DNA of 64,000 nucleotides from Macrostomum lignano. Lineage: Eukaryota. Positions 45,343 to 56,752 of this stretch are shown in pieces. Numbering within the stretch: position 1 is the stretch's first letter; every line of letters begins with the position of its first letter. The notes below the pieces were generated by a model. That model saw only the letters and a program-made list of their open reading frames with translations, was not told the origin of the DNA and did no database searches. The position numbers and the translations under genes were made by a program. The stretch lies in NCBI GenBank assembly GCA_002269645.1, contig NIVC01001620.1:62001-126000 (forward strand). The letters run 5' to 3'.

Positions 45343-48300
45343 TTAGTACAGCCAATGCACTGGCAGCCATTGGTGCTCGGTGGTCAGGGACTCCAGCACG
45401 GCTTCCAACTGTTCGTAGCAGCTGTCGAAATTGTCGCAGATGAGCACGGAGTCGAACAGGTGCCGATAGGTTCGCTCAATGTGAATAGACTGCTGGATTG
45501 ACTTGCGAAAGTCTTCGTCCTGGAGTTTATAACAAAATTGCATCAGCAAATAATTAGCTTTTTATAGATACTTGGACTGGAAGCAGACAAAGCACCAATC
45601 ATATCAACCAGGGACCTCTATGGACACGTGGACTGAAAGCAAACTCAGCACCAATCATAAATCTACCAGGGACCTCTCTAGATACCTGGACTGGAAGCAG
45701 ACTCGGCACCGATCCTAAATCCACCAAGAACCATTCTTGATACCTGGATCAAAAGCAGATTAGCACCAATCCTATATCCACCAGGGACCCCTAGATTACC
45801 TAGACTAGAAGCAGCATAGCACACATTAAAATCTACCAGGTACTTCTGGATATCTGGTTTCTACTCCAATTTTCAGAGGCCCGTGTATATTTATAATTAC
45901 TCACCCGTTTGAAGTTATTAGTGAGCCCGAGCGAGCTGCCCAGCTCGTACATGGACTTCATGCAGTCGAAACTGGGCGCGGCAATGAACACAACGTACGG
46001 CTTGAATTCCGCTGTGCAAACCTGGCGGGCTCGGTCCGGCGCGCAGTCAACTAGCAGAGTGCGGTCCTGCGGACGGGAGTGGATTGCTAGTCTAGCGCTG
46101 TTCGTTCTGTATTATAATGGATTGCTAGTCTAGCGCTGTTCGTTCTGTATTATAATGGATTGCTAGTCTAGCGCTGTTCGTTCTGTATTATAATGGATTG
46201 CTAATAAATCTCTATAGCACCAGAATAGAATGGATTGCTAATCTATCTCTTATAGCAAGCGATTAGAATGGATTGCTAATCTATCTCTCTAGCAAGCGAT
46301 TAGAATGGATTGCTAATCTATCTCTCTAGCAAGCGATTAGAATGGATTACTAATCTATCTCTCTAGCAAGCGATTAGAATGGATTGCTAATCTATCTCTA
46401 TCACACCCGATTAGAATGGATTGCTAATCTATCTCTATCACATTCGAATAGAATGGATTGCTAATCTATCTCTTATAGCAAGCGATTAGAATGGATTGCT
46501 AATCTATCTCTATAGCAAGCGATTAGAATGGATTGCTAATCTATCTCTATCACATTCGAATAGAATGGATTGCTAATCTATCTCTTATAGCAAGCGATTA
46601 GAATGGATTGCTAATCTATCTCTCTAGCAAGCGATTAGAATGGATTGCTAATCTATCTCTCTAGCAAGCGATTAGAATGGATTGCTAATCTATCTCTATC
46701 ATACCCGATTATAATGGATTGCTAATCTATCTCTATCACACCCGATTAGAATGGATTGCTAATCTATCTCTATCACACCCGATTAGAATGGATTGCTAAT
46801 CTATCTCTATCACACCCGATTAGAATGGATTGCTAATCTATGAAAAGCCATTGACCATCGCACCTGCTTGGCCATGGAGCGCAGTGTGTCGATCTTGATG
46901 CCGTACATGGAGCCGTTGAGCTGGCCGTATTCCAGATACGCACCCTTGTGCACGTCCACCTCCATCTCCTGCTGCCCGGCGAACAGGTACCTCTCGCCGT
47001 TGACTTCGCCCTGCCTTGGCGGCCGGCTGGTGTGCGGAATGGGCCTGGCGTAGGTCTCCGGGTGGTGCTTGATCAGCTGGGTGATTAGGGACGCTTTGCC
47101 AACGCCGGGTGCGCCTAGCAACAGAATCAGGGAGCGACGAAACGGCGGCACCCGAGCCACCTCCTGGTAGATGGTCAGGTCGGACCGCTGAAATGACTGG
47201 GCCACGTTGGCCTTGTAGGCAACTCGAACCGTCTTCTTCTTCTTAGCCAGGCCGAGGCCCATCACCTTGTAGTTGATGGCGTCCTTGTCCGGCGTGGACT
47301 GCAAGAAGGCCGTCCGGCGCTCCTGCAGCGTCAGCGAGGGGATCAGGCCGGCCCGGCCGGAGTTATCCCAGCGCCTGGCCTGCCACCAGTTCGGATCCTC
47401 CTGCGATAGCACCTGCAGAACGTCGCCAACAGTGAATTTTAGGCCGGCCTCTTTGCAGGGGATCAAGCCGTCGTACTGGGGATCGTAGGAGAACAGCGCC
47501 TTCACGTAGGTCTGCGGGGAGTCGGTGAGAGACGGAGTGGCTAGTCCTCGCGCCTGACTACTTATTGTGAGTAGTCAGTCTAACACTTTGTCTAGCTATA
47601 GTAGTACGAATAACTGGGATGAATTCATCCCTACTACTTGTAGGTACTATTTGTGAGTAGTAGGGTGACTTCTTCCCTTGATACTACTTGTGAGTAGTAG
47701 GGTGACTTCTTCCCTTGGTACTACTTGTGAGTAGTAGGGTGACTTCTTCTCTTGGTACTACTTGTGAGTAGTAGGGTGACTTCTTCCCTTGGTACTACTT
47801 GTGAGTAGTAGGGTGACTTCTTCCCTTGGTACTACTTGTGAGTAGTAGGGTGACTTCTTCTCTTGGTACTACTTGTGAGTAGTAGGGTGACTTCTTCCCT
47901 TGGTACTACTTGTGAGTAGTAGGGTGACTTCTTCCCTTGGTACTACTTGTGAGTAGTAGGACGAATTATTGTCTGGGTACTACTTGTATGTACACATCGT
48001 TGGAATACTCGAAAAAAATTTACAACACAGAAATATAATCAAAATTTCTAACATCATTTGAGATTTTCTACTAATAAAATAGAATAGAATATCCAAATAC
48101 CGCAAAGTAATGTATGAATTTATGTAGTCTCTGACGGCTAAGAAACTACAGAAAGCGGGTTTGACAACAAAAGAAAATTTGTTGACACAACAACAATAAA
48201 ATACAACGGCAAGTGCATAATATTTCTTTATAAAATACTTACGAATGTTTCCTGGAATCGGTTTTTCAAATTAGTACTAGGCTGTCATGTTGGATTCTTA

Positions 48301-51300
48301 TTATTGAACTACTTTGACTTATGGATTGCTAATCTATCCCAGGAATGCAGGATTGGAGTGGATTGCTAATCTATCCCAGAAATGCAGGATTAGAATGGAT
48401 TGATAATCTATTTCACAAATGCAGGATTGGAGTGGATTGCTAATCTACGAGTATCCCAGGAATGCAGGATTGGAGTGGATTGCTAATCTATCCACCAGTA
48501 TTGCAGATTCTCCCGCAGAAGCAGAAGTCGTTAAGAACTCACCTGGCTGCCCTTGCCGGCCTCATAGAATCCGGAGCGCACCTTGAGGGTGACATTGCCG
48601 CTGGCCTTGCGCATCACCTGCTGCAGCTTCTCGGGCGAGTCAATCGGAATTCCGTTCACCTCTTTGATGACGTCATAGGGCTTGAGCACGCCCTGCTGCT
48701 CTATACGCGAGCCGGCCATGATACGTTCGACAACAATGTCCAGGCCGCTCTGGCCCGTGTTGTCGTCGTACCACTCGATGGTGCCGACTGTGATGCCGAG
48801 GTCTTCGCCGGGCATCTGGGCGCGATGAGGCAGACGGAAAGAGTGCGGGGGGAGGAGAAAATGCGCGTCATTGGAAGTTTATCAGCGAGTCTTGGGTTGA
48901 GGGCCGGAAGGGAAGGCATAGAAGGTTGTACGCTCGTAAATGTAGATTTAAATTGGGACGGGAGGTCAAGTCACAGAGAGATGGGGTGGTCAAGTCACAG
49001 AGAGATGGGGAGGTTAAGTCACAGAGAGATGGGGAGGTCAAGTCACAGAGAGATGGGGAGGTCAAGTCACAGAGAGATGGGGAGGTCAAGTCACAGAGAG
49101 ATGGGGAGGTCAAGTCACAGAGAGATGGGGAGGGTCAAGTCACACAAAGGGAGAGGAGGGAGGTCACGTCACAGAAAGGGAGAGGAGGGGAGGTCAAGTC
49201 ACAGAAAGGGAGAGGAGGGGAGGCAAGTCACAGAAAGGGAGAGGAGGGGAGGTCAAGTCACAGAAAGGGAGAGGAGGGGAGGCAAGTCACAGAAAGGGAG
49301 AGGAGGGAGGTCACGTCACAGAAAGGGAGAGGAGGGGAGGTCAAGTCACACAAAGGGAGAGGAGGGGAGGTCAAGTCACACAAAGGGAGAGGAGGGGAGG
49401 TCAAGTCACAGAAAGTGAGAGGAGGGGAGGCAAGTCACAGAAAGGGAGAGGAGGGGAGGCAAGTCACAGAAAGGGAGAGGAGGGAGGTCACGTCACAGAA
49501 AGGGAGAGGAGGGGAGGTCAAGTCACACAAAGGGAGAGGAGGGGAGGTCAAGTCACACAAAGGGAGAGGAGGGGAGGTCAAGTCACAGAAAGGGAGAGGA
49601 GGGAGGTCAAGTCACACAAAGGAAGAGGAGGGGAGGTCAAGTCACAGAAAGGGAGAGGAGGGGAGGTCAAGTCACAGAAAGGGAGAGGAGGGGAGGTCAA
49701 GTCACAGAAAGGGAGAGGAGGGGAGGTCAAGTCACAGAAAGGGAGAGGAGGGAGGTCAAGTCACAGAAAGGGAGAGGAGGGAGATCAAGTCACAGAAAGG
49801 GAGAGGAGGGGAGGTCAAGTCACAGAAAGGGAGAGGAGGGGAGGTCAAGACAGAGAAAAATGCCTAGATCAGATGAAAGCGGGAAACACTGTCAGCAGAT
49901 GCTCTGGCAAAGAGACGGCAGCCCTGCCTACAAACCTTGGCAAAGGCGACCATCTTCTGAGGCCTGTCGAACTCGTCCAGATCGTCCATCATGGGGTCGC
50001 CTGTCGGCTGCGGCTGCAGTGTTTGTGCCGCGCCAAACGCGTCGTCGTCGTTGCCGTCGGAGAAGACGGGGGTCGCAGCCGAAGCTGCCCGGCCAGACAG
50101 CGGCCCAGGCGACTCGGCCGAAGCTCCGCCGACCGCCGACTCGTGCAGGCCGGCCGAGGCGGCGGCGACTTCGTCGTTCTCGGCGTTTCGCGCCTTCCTC
50201 AACCGGTCGCCCTCGTAGTTCCGGTGCCCGATGTCTTCTAGAGCTTCAACGAAGGTGTTGAGCCGGCCGGAGGCCAGCAACTCGTAGAGGTCGTTGGCTT
50301 CGTCGTCTGTGGCCGCGACAGTCTCCAGCTGCTCCAGGGTGTCGTGCAGCGAGCGCACGTACTCTGTCTGTGATACGCCTGCGGTGGATGAATGGAATGT
50401 GAGCTTTAAATTAGTCGCAATCTTCCCTAGGTGGCGTACACAGAATCTGCTTTGGGTGGATGGGGCGCCAATCCTCAGGACGTGTTTTTGGGGCGCCACT
50501 GTCTCTTGGAGGGCGCCCCTGTCTCTTGGAGGGCGCCCCTGTCTCTTGGTGGGCGCCACTGTCTCTTGGAGGGCGCCCCTGTCTCTTGGTGGGCGCCACT
50601 GTCTCTTTGTGGGCGCCACTGACTCTTGCTGGGCACCACTGACTCTTGCTGGGCGCCACTGACTCTTGCTGGGCACCACTGACTCTTGCTGGGCGCCACC
50701 GTCTCTTGCTGGGCGCCACCGTCTCTTGCTGGGCGCCACTGTCTCTTGGAGGGCGCCCCTGTCTCTTGGTGGGCGCCACTGTCTCTTTGTGGGCGCTCCT
50801 GTATCTTGCTGGGCGCCCCTGTCTCTTAGTGGACGCCACTAACTCTTGCTGGGCGTCACTGTCTCTTGCTGGGCGCCACGGTCTCTTGCTGGGCGTCACT
50901 GTCTCTTAGTGGACGCCACTAACTCTTGCTGGGCGTCACTGTCTCTTGCTGGGCGCCACCGTCTCTTGCTGGGCGTCACTGTCTCTTGGATACTTAGATA
51001 CGCGACTGACTCTTGCTGGGCTAGAATGACTAAAAAATCAAATTCAAAAATAAAATCAAACAAATCGTCATCTTCCTTACCTGGAAACGCTTCGCTGTCG
51101 GGTCCGGCCTTGCGGCGCTGCTTCTGAAGCCGCTTGAGGCTGTCGTGCATGGCCAACAGGCTGCGCAGGTCGCCGCCTTGAAGAAAGTTGGACAGCTCAT
51201 GCACCTCCGGCTCGCCTTCGAAGTGCTGCTCGAGGCGCTCGCTCAGCTCGCCGAGGTTTCGGGCCGACTTTGAAGCCCGCGGCTTTGAAGGCTTCGGCGG

Positions 51301-51336
51301 CTTTGGTGGCTTGGGCGGCGGTGGTGGCGGTGGCAT
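45343..51336 (-). CDS. MAGUK p55 subfamily scaffold (L27-L27-PDZ-SH3-HOOK-GK; MPP2/MPP6-like). Exons 51081-51336, 49936-50378, 48543-48815, 46864-47511, 45905-46066, 45343-45519
   Basis: PDZ GEDLGITV...IVVERIMAGS; SH3 YVKALFSYDP..D.LIPCKEAGLKF..GDVLQV...DPNWWQA; GK HTSRPPRQGEVNGERYLF, PYVVFIAAP; C-terminus QWLPVHWLY; junction phases consistent. Confidence 0.92.
45570..45850. repeat. Degenerate repeat of about 50 bp in the last MAGUK intron
   Basis: About 5 copies of GGACTGGAAGCAGAC...CACCAATC...CCAGGGACC. Confidence 0.75.
46078..46840. repeat. 37-41-bp minisatellite with core ATGGATTGCTAATCTATCTC
   Basis: Tandem units filling a MAGUK intron. Confidence 0.95.
47625..47990. repeat. 37-bp minisatellite (TACTTGTGAGTAGTAGGGTGACTTCTTCCCTTGGTAC)
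   Basis: Tandem units visible. Confidence 0.93.
48325..48495. repeat. Short degenerate array sharing the TGGATTGCTAATCTA core with 46078-46840
   Basis: Four to five copies of the core with different spacer sequence. Confidence 0.85.
48955..49850. repeat. Purine-rich 25-29-bp minisatellite (GGTCAAGTCACAGAAAGGGAGAGGAGGGGA)
   Basis: Tandem units in a MAGUK intron. Confidence 0.95.
50455..51020. repeat. 20-bp minisatellite (GGGCGCCACTGTCTCTTGCT)
   Basis: Tandem units in the first MAGUK intron. Confidence 0.95.
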
Positions 51337-53378
51337 GTCTGGGAGTAACACAGCTGTTTTGTGTGCACTTGGTTGTCTTAATTACTAGTCTGGTTAAAGT
51401 TTTCTGCAGCCCTTGTACAAAGGCACTCAGTTTTGTTGAAATATAAGATTCAAATTATGAAACCTCCCACTGAAATGTGTTTAGAGAATAACTTATCAAT
51501 CTTATAGTGTTTAATCTAAGAAGTGATAAAACTTACTAACAACTATTTAAATACTAATTTTATTGGCTTATATAGTAGTTAAAAACAAACAAAAAGCCTA
51601 TTTGTAAGTGGCAAAGCCACATAATCATTTGTTTCTTAGCATCTATAAGCTTTTAAATTTTTAATTATATAAACTAACTCAAAAAAGTGTTTCTGGAGAA
51701 AGGAAACTTAAAAGATGTTTGTTAGTTAGGTAAATAAATTAGGAAATACTATTTCTTGCTCATTTTTATAAAATTATTTGTTTGTTGTTGGGAAGACCAC
51801 AATTAACTATCAATACAGAATGCTAAAATTCACAGTTTCTTCCAAAATTTTGGAGTGCTGCTAGGGACTTAAATTAAGTACTTTAAGTAGGCAAAGTATA
51901 TATGATGAAATAAAAAATTAAAAAAAATGGATATAATAGAAACTAGTTAAACCATTTTTGTTACTCGTAATAATGTAGGCTATAATTTACTTTTTGCTTC
52001 TACTTTATTAGAGGAAGTGTACTTTCGCACCTATTTCATATTTGGGAACCAAGAGATCTGTATAACAACTTAGTTTTTTGTTTCTTTTGATTTCTCATTC
52101 TGCTGAGCAAACTTTTGAGGTATGATAAAGACGATGGAATGAATTCAATCGCTCAAATTTTTTTGGCTATTTACTAAAAATAGTATTACGAGAACCGCAA
52201 TCGGAAATGCAGTAACCTGTTTTACACTGAAAGAGATTTGAATTCAAATAACTAAAAATTTCTCGGACCTTAAAATTTCGCGGAAGTAAGATGTAAGTGA
52301 AAATTTAATTTTGGTGGTGAAACATAAATATTTGTATCTTCACTATACTATTTGACCATGCATTAGTAAAAAAAAGTATTTATGCCTAAATTTTTCTCAA
52401 AATAAGAGGCTATTCAGAGAATCATATACTAATTTAATACACGGATTTGTTTAACACAGTCCGCCAATTGTCAGCATTAACACCGACTTACTTTTTAAAT
52501 TGGCTTTTTGTGGATCTTTTTTACTTGGAAACTAAATCGACAGCTACTGCCTACTGCTACATAGCATGATTAATACTCTACATTTAGCCTAGATTAACTA
52601 ATAAATTTAAAATATCTTTTAGTTCGCCCATCATAAATATTTGTATTTTTACTTTACCGGTACTATTCTTGCAGCTGATTTCGATTTGCCTTTAATGTAA
52701 CTGCTTCATTTTCACCCCCTTTAAATGTAACTTATTAGTTATTATCAGTGAATCCTCGTTGCCAAAGCAAAACGTATGGCACAATGATTTTTAATATAAA
52801 TATTTAGAAAGCGGAGGCTTAACACCTTCAGAACACTTTTTGGAATTAAAAAGACATTAATAATATTGTATGTTTTACTAAAATACCACGTTTAATGTAG
52901 ATGTTTTCCTAACAAGCATTAGTGCAATCAATACTGTCGCAATATGGTAGCTCAAATTAGATATGTTCGTTTATTTAAACAGAGGGCTCCGACATAAAAA
53001 ACTGTACTTAAAATACAATGAAAATGATTTTACATTTTTTAAAGATTAATTTTAGTTATATAAATATATTAACACTTTTTCTTTGGAGTTAACACAGGGA
53101 GTGTAATTTTTTTAATTTTAGGGTTTAATATTATGTTGTTTACAGTCCTTTTAGGTTTATTCAACCCAAAATAACTTCATAGCAAGTAAAAAACTGCATG
53201 CTTTAATTCAGATTTTTTATACCAATTAAATATTACTTGCTTTTTGGGTGCCACTTTAAAGTTCATTATCTCTTAGAAATTGTATTGCTATGTAAATCCT
53301 TTTTAGTGATGAATTTTGAACAAAAGAATATTTATGCTTGCTCTAAAGTAACTTTTCAAACGTCAAAAATTTCAGATC

Positions 53379-55934
53379 ATGGCTTTAAATGTGGACAAGG
53401 AGCCACTCTTCCGGCCACTTAATGTTGAAAAAAGCTTGAGCGATAAGCAAAGCTTGGTTTCCAAGTACCAGACTTTGATTTTGACATCGGGCGAAGAATG
53501 CGTTGGTCCAAAGCGAATCTACATCATGTTCAAAGTTCTTGATGAAGTTCTTGGCCAGCTCGGTGTCTTTAAAGAACTTTTTGTAGAACTTCGGAAAGAG
53601 ATGGTTGAGGCAGTGTTCTCGGACTCGATTCATCCGGGAATTACAAAGGACTCAGCTGAAATTAAACGAATTCCGCACATGGAAGAGGTCAAGCGGCTGT
53701 TTAAGGAGGCGAAATACAAAGAGGATGACTACAAAGAGAGCGTTTCAAGCATGGAGAAGAAGCTTTTCGAAAAGCAGCAAAGCTTTGAAGGGCAGCTCAT
53801 GAAGAATGATGAACTGGCTCGTGAAATTAACGAGAGGGATGAAACAATCACAAAACTAATGGGCGAAATTCGATTCCTGGAGGAAGACAAGGCGCTGATT
53901 CAGAAAGAATTTGAACTATACCAGCAGTCTACAGAGAAGGAAATCCAAGAGATGAAGTTTGACTATCAGGACTTGCAAGAGGAACTGCGCCTGGTTACAG
54001 CGGATCGCGATCTCTGCAAGCCGTACAAAGAGGGCTACGACAAGATGCAAATCGAATTTCAGAACATCGGGCTGCGAGCCTACGAGGACAAGAAGGCGGA
54101 GAGTCAGAAGCCGAAGCCTTTGTCTCAAAAAGAAAAGTTGATTGCCGACATCAAAGCTGCCGTGAAGCTCCAGGATCAGCTGTTGAAGGGACAAAATCTT
54201 CTTATACAAGAGTTTGATGGCTTCTTAGAGAAGCACAAAGCGAGCATCAGTAGCGAAGAAAATGGAGAAGCGGACGGCAGACCATCCACTGCGAGCACAG
54301 ATCCATCGTCGATTCGAAATTTTGAAGCGGAAACTGCCGACCAGCAGCTGATTGTGAATCAGAAACGATTCCTAGAGAATATTGAACGCATTGACAACGA
54401 GATGAACCTACTCACCAAGCACCAGGTGATGCTGGAGGAGCAACTGCTTGGCATGGTTAAGGCAAATGAACGAGACGGGGACTCCGTGCTTGACTTGCTG
54501 AAGACCATCAGCAATGCAGGCGACCCTAGCAACGATGACTATGTGCCTGGCGATCCATTTGTAGTTAATGAGCGCGTGTTCAGCAAATACTCCTTAATGT
54601 TGTTCGTCTCTACCAACGGTGGAAAAACTTTCAGCGAGTTTGGTGGCTCAAACTACTGTCATCAGTGCTTCGAGAAGACCACCGTCTGTCCCCACAAACT
54701 TCGAGGCCGCGAGATCGTACTGCCGCTGCCAACCAATGCTAGCCACCTTCGTCTCAATCGTCCCGAGGTGAAAGTTAACCAGGAAGTCCTGCGCCAGAAT
54801 CTACAGGAGATGCGCATGCTTGAGCGCAAGTCGGGCCTGCCTCCACTGCCAAAGCAGCAGGGAATTCGCGACGAAAGCCGGACCAGCTTCAACACCGGCC
54901 TCACTACCGAGACCGGCAAGAGTGGCGAGCCAGACGAAAAAGACACGAGATTTGTTAACAAGTTTTCGCGGGTATGGGACGACTATCACACCCGCACTGA
55001 CATTGTGCGACATCATCCGATCAAGCAGCCGAAGAGCTTGATTGAGTCGCTAATCGAGCAGTTCTACGCGACTTGTCTGTGGGATGACGAGTACACTCCG
55101 GACGACGAGGAGGGCTACTCCGTGCTTGACAACTTCTATGAGTTCCTCTATTCGCGTTACATGCAGGAGGATGTGGTGTTTCTGGCCGCGCACGACTTCT
55201 TTACCAGTTTGGAGAGCCACGCCGAAACAGACGACCATTTGCGGATGTTTAGTCACGTGTTGTGCAACAACCTAGACGGAGCCGCTTTCCGCTACTTCCT
55301 CGTGCTGATCGACTTGGTCAACCAGGTCGACTTTCGCCACTCGGAAGACTTTCGAGAGTTTGTGCTGGCGGCATTTCCATTTATGCTTGAGGATGACGTC
55401 GAAACTTTTCAAATTGGCTTCGTTTCGTATTGCGAGAATCGCGTTAGCCGACGATCGGTGTACAACTACATCCTGTACATGCTGCTGCGCTACAGAGACC
55501 CCTACTTCCTTGAGATGGAGTCCAAGTGCCAACAGTCTCCAATGGCCGAGTTTGGCTATATGTCCGAGCGGGAATTTATGGCCGTTTCAGAGACGGTTTG
55601 CGAGAACGCATTCGACCATTTGTCTAGGAGGCTGTTCCTTGAAGCGGCAGCCGCCGCGGAACGCGAAGTTACCACGCCTGGAACGGTGCCAGTAGCAAAG
55701 TTGTCGCACATCTTATCTTACCTGGCCATCATCCAGGTAGCTGCTACAGCTCGAGCTGATCTGGCCGACAGGATCGCGCGAAACCGCCTCAACCTGAAGC
55801 TGGAGCTGCGCCCGGGCGCGGATGCTGAGGAGCCGGCCTTGCGCTGGAGTTACAGCGGAGCCCTGCAGCTGGCAAGGCACATGGCCAAGAGCGAGCAGTA
55901 CAGGCAGGCTCACCAGGTCAGCTCGGTTGAGTAG
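53379..55934 (+). CDS. Intronless 851-aa protein: N-terminal coiled coil, CxxC-x5-CPH motif, helical C-terminal region; weak resemblance to TSNAXIP1-like ciliary proteins
   Basis: 2.5-kb non-repetitive ORF; heptad-rich E/K/Q segment at about aa 100-340; YCHQCFEKTTVCPHK. The family resemblance is an unverified impression. Confidence 0.85.
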   Translation: MALNVDKEPLFRPLNVEKSLSDKQSLVSKYQTLILTSGEECVGPKRIYIMFKVLDEVLGQLGVFKELFVELRKEMVEAVFSDSIHPGITKDSAEIKRIPHMEEVKRLFKEAKYKEDDYKESVSSMEKKLFEKQQSFEGQLMKNDELAREINERDETITKLMGEIRFLEEDKALIQKEFELYQQSTEKEIQEMKFDYQDLQEELRLVTADRDLCKPYKEGYDKMQIEFQNIGLRAYEDKKAESQKPKPLSQKEKLIADIKAAVKLQDQLLKGQNLLIQEFDGFLEKHKASISSEENGEADGRPSTASTDPSSIRNFEAETADQQLIVNQKRFLENIERIDNEMNLLTKHQVMLEEQLLGMVKANERDGDSVLDLLKTISNAGDPSNDDYVPGDPFVVNERVFSKYSLMLFVSTNGGKTFSEFGGSNYCHQCFEKTTVCPHKLRGREIVLPLPTNASHLRLNRPEVKVNQEVLRQNLQEMRMLERKSGLPPLPKQQGIRDESRTSFNTGLTTETGKSGEPDEKDTRFVNKFSRVWDDYHTRTDIVRHHPIKQPKSLIESLIEQFYATCLWDDEYTPDDEEGYSVLDNFYEFLYSRYMQEDVVFLAAHDFFTSLESHAETDDHLRMFSHVLCNNLDGAAFRYFLVLIDLVNQVDFRHSEDFREFVLAAFPFMLEDDVETFQIGFVSYCENRVSRRSVYNYILYMLLRYRDPYFLEMESKCQQSPMAEFGYMSEREFMAVSETVCENAFDHLSRRLFLEAAAAAEREVTTPGTVPVAKLSHILSYLAIIQVAATARADLADRIARNRLNLKLELRPGADAEEPALRWSYSGALQLARHMAKSEQYRQAHQVSSVE

Positions 55935-56438
55935 TTAACTGGCCTAACCCAGTGCAGCAACTATTAATCATAATTTATTTAAAAATATCGCTTTTGTTGG
56001 AGGAATTGCTCAAAAGTTACTTTATAAATAGGTCTTGATTTTTTGTTTTATTGTGCTTACAAATACTGTGCACAAAACTGACTATAATTGTTTATTGCAA
56101 GCCCAGCAAGCTTCTTTTATTTGTTTTTAATGAAAATTCTCTCTGATTTCCCCCAAAATATTTGTAGTTTAGAAGAGCGCTTCTACCCCAAATTGTTTTC
56201 AAAGTGTTTCGTCGATGTAGACAATTGTAAATGAAATTCAATCAGATTTTTCTTGCTTTCAGCACCAAGTTTATAAGAAAATTCGCTAAATTAATATAGT
56301 GCACTTATATCGAAAGTACTGGGACAAGTTAAAGGTTAGATTGGATCTAGTTTTGACTTCATATTAACATTTTCTAGATACCTGTCCGAAATCGTATGCA
56401 CATCTAATTGCAATCGTTGCTCGTCAGCAACGTAGCAT

Positions 56439-56752
56439 AATATTAATAATAATAATTGATTACACCTGCCTCAATTGGGCCAGACGTGCAACCGACCGCT
56501 CAGCCGCAGCCATTGCGCGGCGCATCTGAAGGCTGCGTACGGCTGTTCAGTCCAAGGACTGAGAGGTCGCCACACACACCCTCAATCACCCCAGCTAATG
56601 CTGGCCCCCATTTTACAGCTGGGTGAACTGAAGCAGTGCAGAGTTAAGTGTCTTGCTCAAGGACACAAATTGTTCCAGTGGGATCGGGAATCGAACCCCT
56701 GACCTTTCAGTCGTGAGTCCGGCGCTCTAACCACTAGGCTACAGCCCCCTGT
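56439..56752 (-). mobile_element. tRNA-derived SINE with CORE/Meta-type central domain
   Basis: Head GGGGGCTGTAGCCTAGTGG...GGTTCGATTCC; body TGTGTCCTTGAGCAAGACACTTAAC...CAGCTGTAAAATGGG resembles the MIR core; (TTA)n tail; flanks GCAACGTAGCAT / GCAACATAGCAT (11 of 12). Confidence 0.85.

Noticed and set aside
48462-49867. Plus-strand ORFs of 313-318 aa
   Set aside because: Antisense to the PDZ exon plus repeat translation
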